DNA of 64,000 nucleotides from Candidatus Woesebacteria bacterium (GTDB lineage Bacteria; Patescibacteriota; Microgenomatia; UBA8517): NCBI GenBank assembly GCA_013374835.1, contig CP055307.1, positions 215,315 to 279,314 of the forward strand, read 5' to 3'. Shown piece by piece: positions 62,128 to 64,000 of this stretch (position 1 is its first letter; each line of letters starts with the position of its first letter). The notes under the pieces were generated by a model. It saw only the letters and a program-made list of their open reading frames with translations, ran no database searches and was not told where the DNA came from. The position numbers and the translations under genes were made by a program.

Positions 62128-63624
62128 TTAATAAAAGAGAGCTTTTTTAACTATGGGGCTTAGGGATTTATAGATTATTGCTTCTTCGATTTGTATAACT
62201 TTAACATAATTTATATCAAGAAACTGTTTAAATTCTGATGTTAAAATTTCGCTGTTTTCTGTCATAATTATGATAATCTTGGGGTTTGTTTTTTTGATTT
62301 CGGCTATAGTAGCGTTGATTGAATAAAAATCTTTTATATGATAGTCGGTCGTATATTTGATTGGAGGAAGTCTTTTGGTTAGGGCATATATTACTGATGT
62401 ATCTCCCCAGACGAATATTTTGTCATTTTTGTTTGTGGATGTGAGCACATATTCTGCAATTTTGTAGTTTTTTAGGGTATTTTGGCCAAAAAGATTGAAA
62501 TATTCTTCTTTGGTGATGCTTTTGGTTGCGAATTTTATGAACCTTTGATAATAAGGGAACGAAGGATAAAGCCAGAACCCATAATATACGGGTACAAATA
62601 TTGCTAGTGTGAGTGGAATAATTGATAGGACTTGCTCTTTGTTTTTTCGTGCTACAAGCATACCAATAAAGATTGATACTGGGGCTACCGATTGAATGAG
62701 ATAGTGTGGGTATGGCCTTTCTGAAAGTGTGACTGCAAAAAGGCTAAAAAGAAGCCAGAGAGCGGTAAGGACAAATTCTTTGGAGATTTTTGTTTTTTTG
62801 ATGTAGAGAATACAAATTCCTAATATTAACAAAATAGATCTTATGATGAGAGGCAAATTTCTTAGGAGAAAAGGTTTTTCTACATCAGATGGGCGCCAGG
62901 AGGAAAGATAACCTATGTTTTGGAGAAAAGCCGCTTTAATATATTCATTTAAGGAATTTTTGGAGGCGAACCAAATTATTGTTAAAAGAATTGGGGTGAG
63001 ATAGCCGAGTAATATAAGAATTGATTTTTTAAGGTTTAGCTTTTTGTAAAAGATCCAAAAGAAAATTATTGCTCCCAAGTCGAAAGCACCTGGTACTTTA
63101 TAAAGAGTTGAAATTGAAAAAAGAACTCCCGATAGAAAAAGCTTTGTTGTAGTAAATTTTTTATCTATTAGGAGATAAAAAGCAATGATTGTTGGTCCAA
63201 TCATGAAAAGCTCAGCGTTTGATATTTGGCCTTCGAGTAGTGGTAATGTAGTTAATATAGCAAAGGAGATAGCGGATGTAATTTGTAGCAGTGTGTTTTT
63301 GGGAAATAATTTAATAACTAGTTTCCAGAAGATAGTTGTAGTTATTAACATCCATATGGTTAAAATTGCTCGAAACCAGAATACGCTTCCGGCGATAGCT
63401 GCTGTGTAATAAAGCAGGGGGGGTTTGTTGTCGTGGATGTCCTTGTAGAGAGTGAGGCCGCTTTTAATTCCTTGACCAAGGGTTAAATAGATCATTTCAT
63501 CTCCGTAGTAATAAGGTTCGAAAAAGCTTGGAATGCGCAATAGAAGTGTGGCTACCAAGACAAAGAATAACCAATTAGGAATGTGGCAAAAAATCAAAAA
63601 TTTTTTTATCCCCTTTTTAACCAT
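62128..63624 (-). CDS. Integral-membrane glycosyltransferase, GT39/GT83-like (PMT/ArnT fold)
   Basis: N-terminal TM followed by a YYYGDEMIY (DE) motif in the first loop. ~11 predicted TM helices and a C-terminal soluble domain. Confidence 0.5.
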   Translation of the reverse strand: MVKKGIKKFLIFCHIPNWLFFVLVATLLLRIPSFFEPYYYGDEMIYLTLGQGIKSGLTLYKDIHDNKPPLLYYTAAIAGSVFWFRAILTIWMLITTTIFWKLVIKLFPKNTLLQITSAISFAILTTLPLLEGQISNAELFMIGPTIIAFYLLIDKKFTTTKLFLSGVLFSISTLYKVPGAFDLGAIIFFWIFYKKLNLKKSILILLGYLTPILLTIIWFASKNSLNEYIKAAFLQNIGYLSSWRPSDVEKPFLLRNLPLIIRSILLILGICILYIKKTKISKEFVLTALWLLFSLFAVTLSERPYPHYLIQSVAPVSIFIGMLVARKNKEQVLSIIPLTLAIFVPVYYGFWLYPSFPYYQRFIKFATKSITKEEYFNLFGQNTLKNYKIAEYVLTSTNKNDKIFVWGDTSVIYALTKRLPPIKYTTDYHIKDFYSINATIAEIKKTNPKIIIIMTENSEILTSEFKQFLDINYVKVIQIEEAIIYKSLSPIVKKALFY

Positions 63625-63667
63625 TTGTCTTTATCTCAGTATATCCAGTTGTTTTGATGTCTTCAAC

Positions 63668-63919
63668 TTAAACTTTTTCTGTTACTTTGTATTCGATATA
63701 TTTTCCCAGCATTAATCTGGTGTGGGCATCTAAACCCGGGAGGGTGGTAAAGAAGAATGTTGCAACTGGCATAAGAATGAATTCTAATGGAACTAAAATG
63801 GCGCGCCAGAAAGGAAAATTTTTGGGTCGTTTGGGTTTGTAGAGGTAGTCTAGAATAAGAAGGATGACTAGAAATGTAAGAGCAATGGTAAGAATAGCCG
63901 AGGATATTTTTGGAGTCAT
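63668..63919 (-). CDS. Small membrane protein (possibly part of an adjacent membrane gene)
   Basis: 83-aa ORF with two TM helices. An ORF continues to the window end on the same strand. Confidence 0.25.
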   Translation of the reverse strand: MTPKISSAILTIALTFLVILLILDYLYKPKRPKNFPFWRAILVPLEFILMPVATFFFTTLPGLDAHTRLMLGKYIEYKVTEKV

Positions 63920-64000
63920 ATAACCAAGAGTGGTCCTGCCGAATGCTGGGTTGATTATGACGGGAAGTGTAAGGCCGATTGTAATTATAAACCAGTGTAC

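Noticed and set aside
1-64000. Alternative genetic code (UGA recoding)
   Set aside because: Long ORFs with complete domain architectures are obtained with the standard code and normal stops. There is no sign of in-frame UGA interruptions.

Overview
This window is bacterial chromosome carrying a ~40.6 kb integrated prophage at about 14412..54987. The host taxon cannot be determined from sequence alone. The standard genetic code fits all the long ORFs.

The prophage splits a ComM/YifB Mg-chelatase-family competence ATPase gene. The N-terminal fragment is at 13499..14446 and the C-terminal fragment at 54938..55597. A perfect 10-bp direct repeat, TGGATGAGTT, sits at both junctions, each inside ~48 bp of weaker flanking similarity. 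A tyrosine integrase lies immediately inside the left junction.

The element is a temperate tailed phage, possibly podovirus-like, and nearly all of its genes are on the minus strand. Reading that strand from right to left, the order is:
- a sigma-70 region-4-like regulator;
- a Rad52/Sak-type annealing protein;
- an HTH replication initiator with an iteron plus AT-rich origin inside its gene;
- a secreted lysozyme-like protein;
- a MucR/Ros zinc-finger protein with HNH-associated repeats;
- a ParB-nuclease/DNA-methyltransferase fusion;
- small and large terminase subunits;
- a six-gene cargo island of exported and membrane proteins, including a membrane-anchored thermonuclease with an Excalibur domain, which has its own promoter-like elements and a terminator;
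- portal, an acidic scaffold protein and a putative major capsid protein;
- a SAP-domain protein and a KH-domain protein;
- an 866-aa fibre with three copies of a novel ~170-aa domain and a C-terminal Amidase_2;
- a fibre with tandem 22-aa repeats;
- a 1795-aa virion protein carrying a PARP-like ADP-ribosyltransferase domain;
- a lysis cassette of a papain-like peptidase and holin-like proteins;
- on the plus strand, an AbrB/SpoVT-like regulator and the integrase.

Host genes to the left of the prophage:
- two MacAB/HlyD-type ABC efflux modules;
- an OmpR/histidine-kinase two-component pair;
- a decayed ~1.3 kb gene-free stretch;
- an operon of a secreted protein, an EndoQ-like PHP nuclease and a UvrD-family helicase.

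Host genes to the right of the prophage:
- yraN and dprA (competence), then galU;
- tRNA-Cys(GCA) and Hsp20;
- a PEGA/SH3b protein;
- a cell-envelope glycoconjugate cluster with a UbiA/DPPRT-like prenyltransferase, a WecA/MraY-like transferase and a GT39/ArnT-like protein.

No CRISPR array and no reverse transcriptase or DGR were seen.
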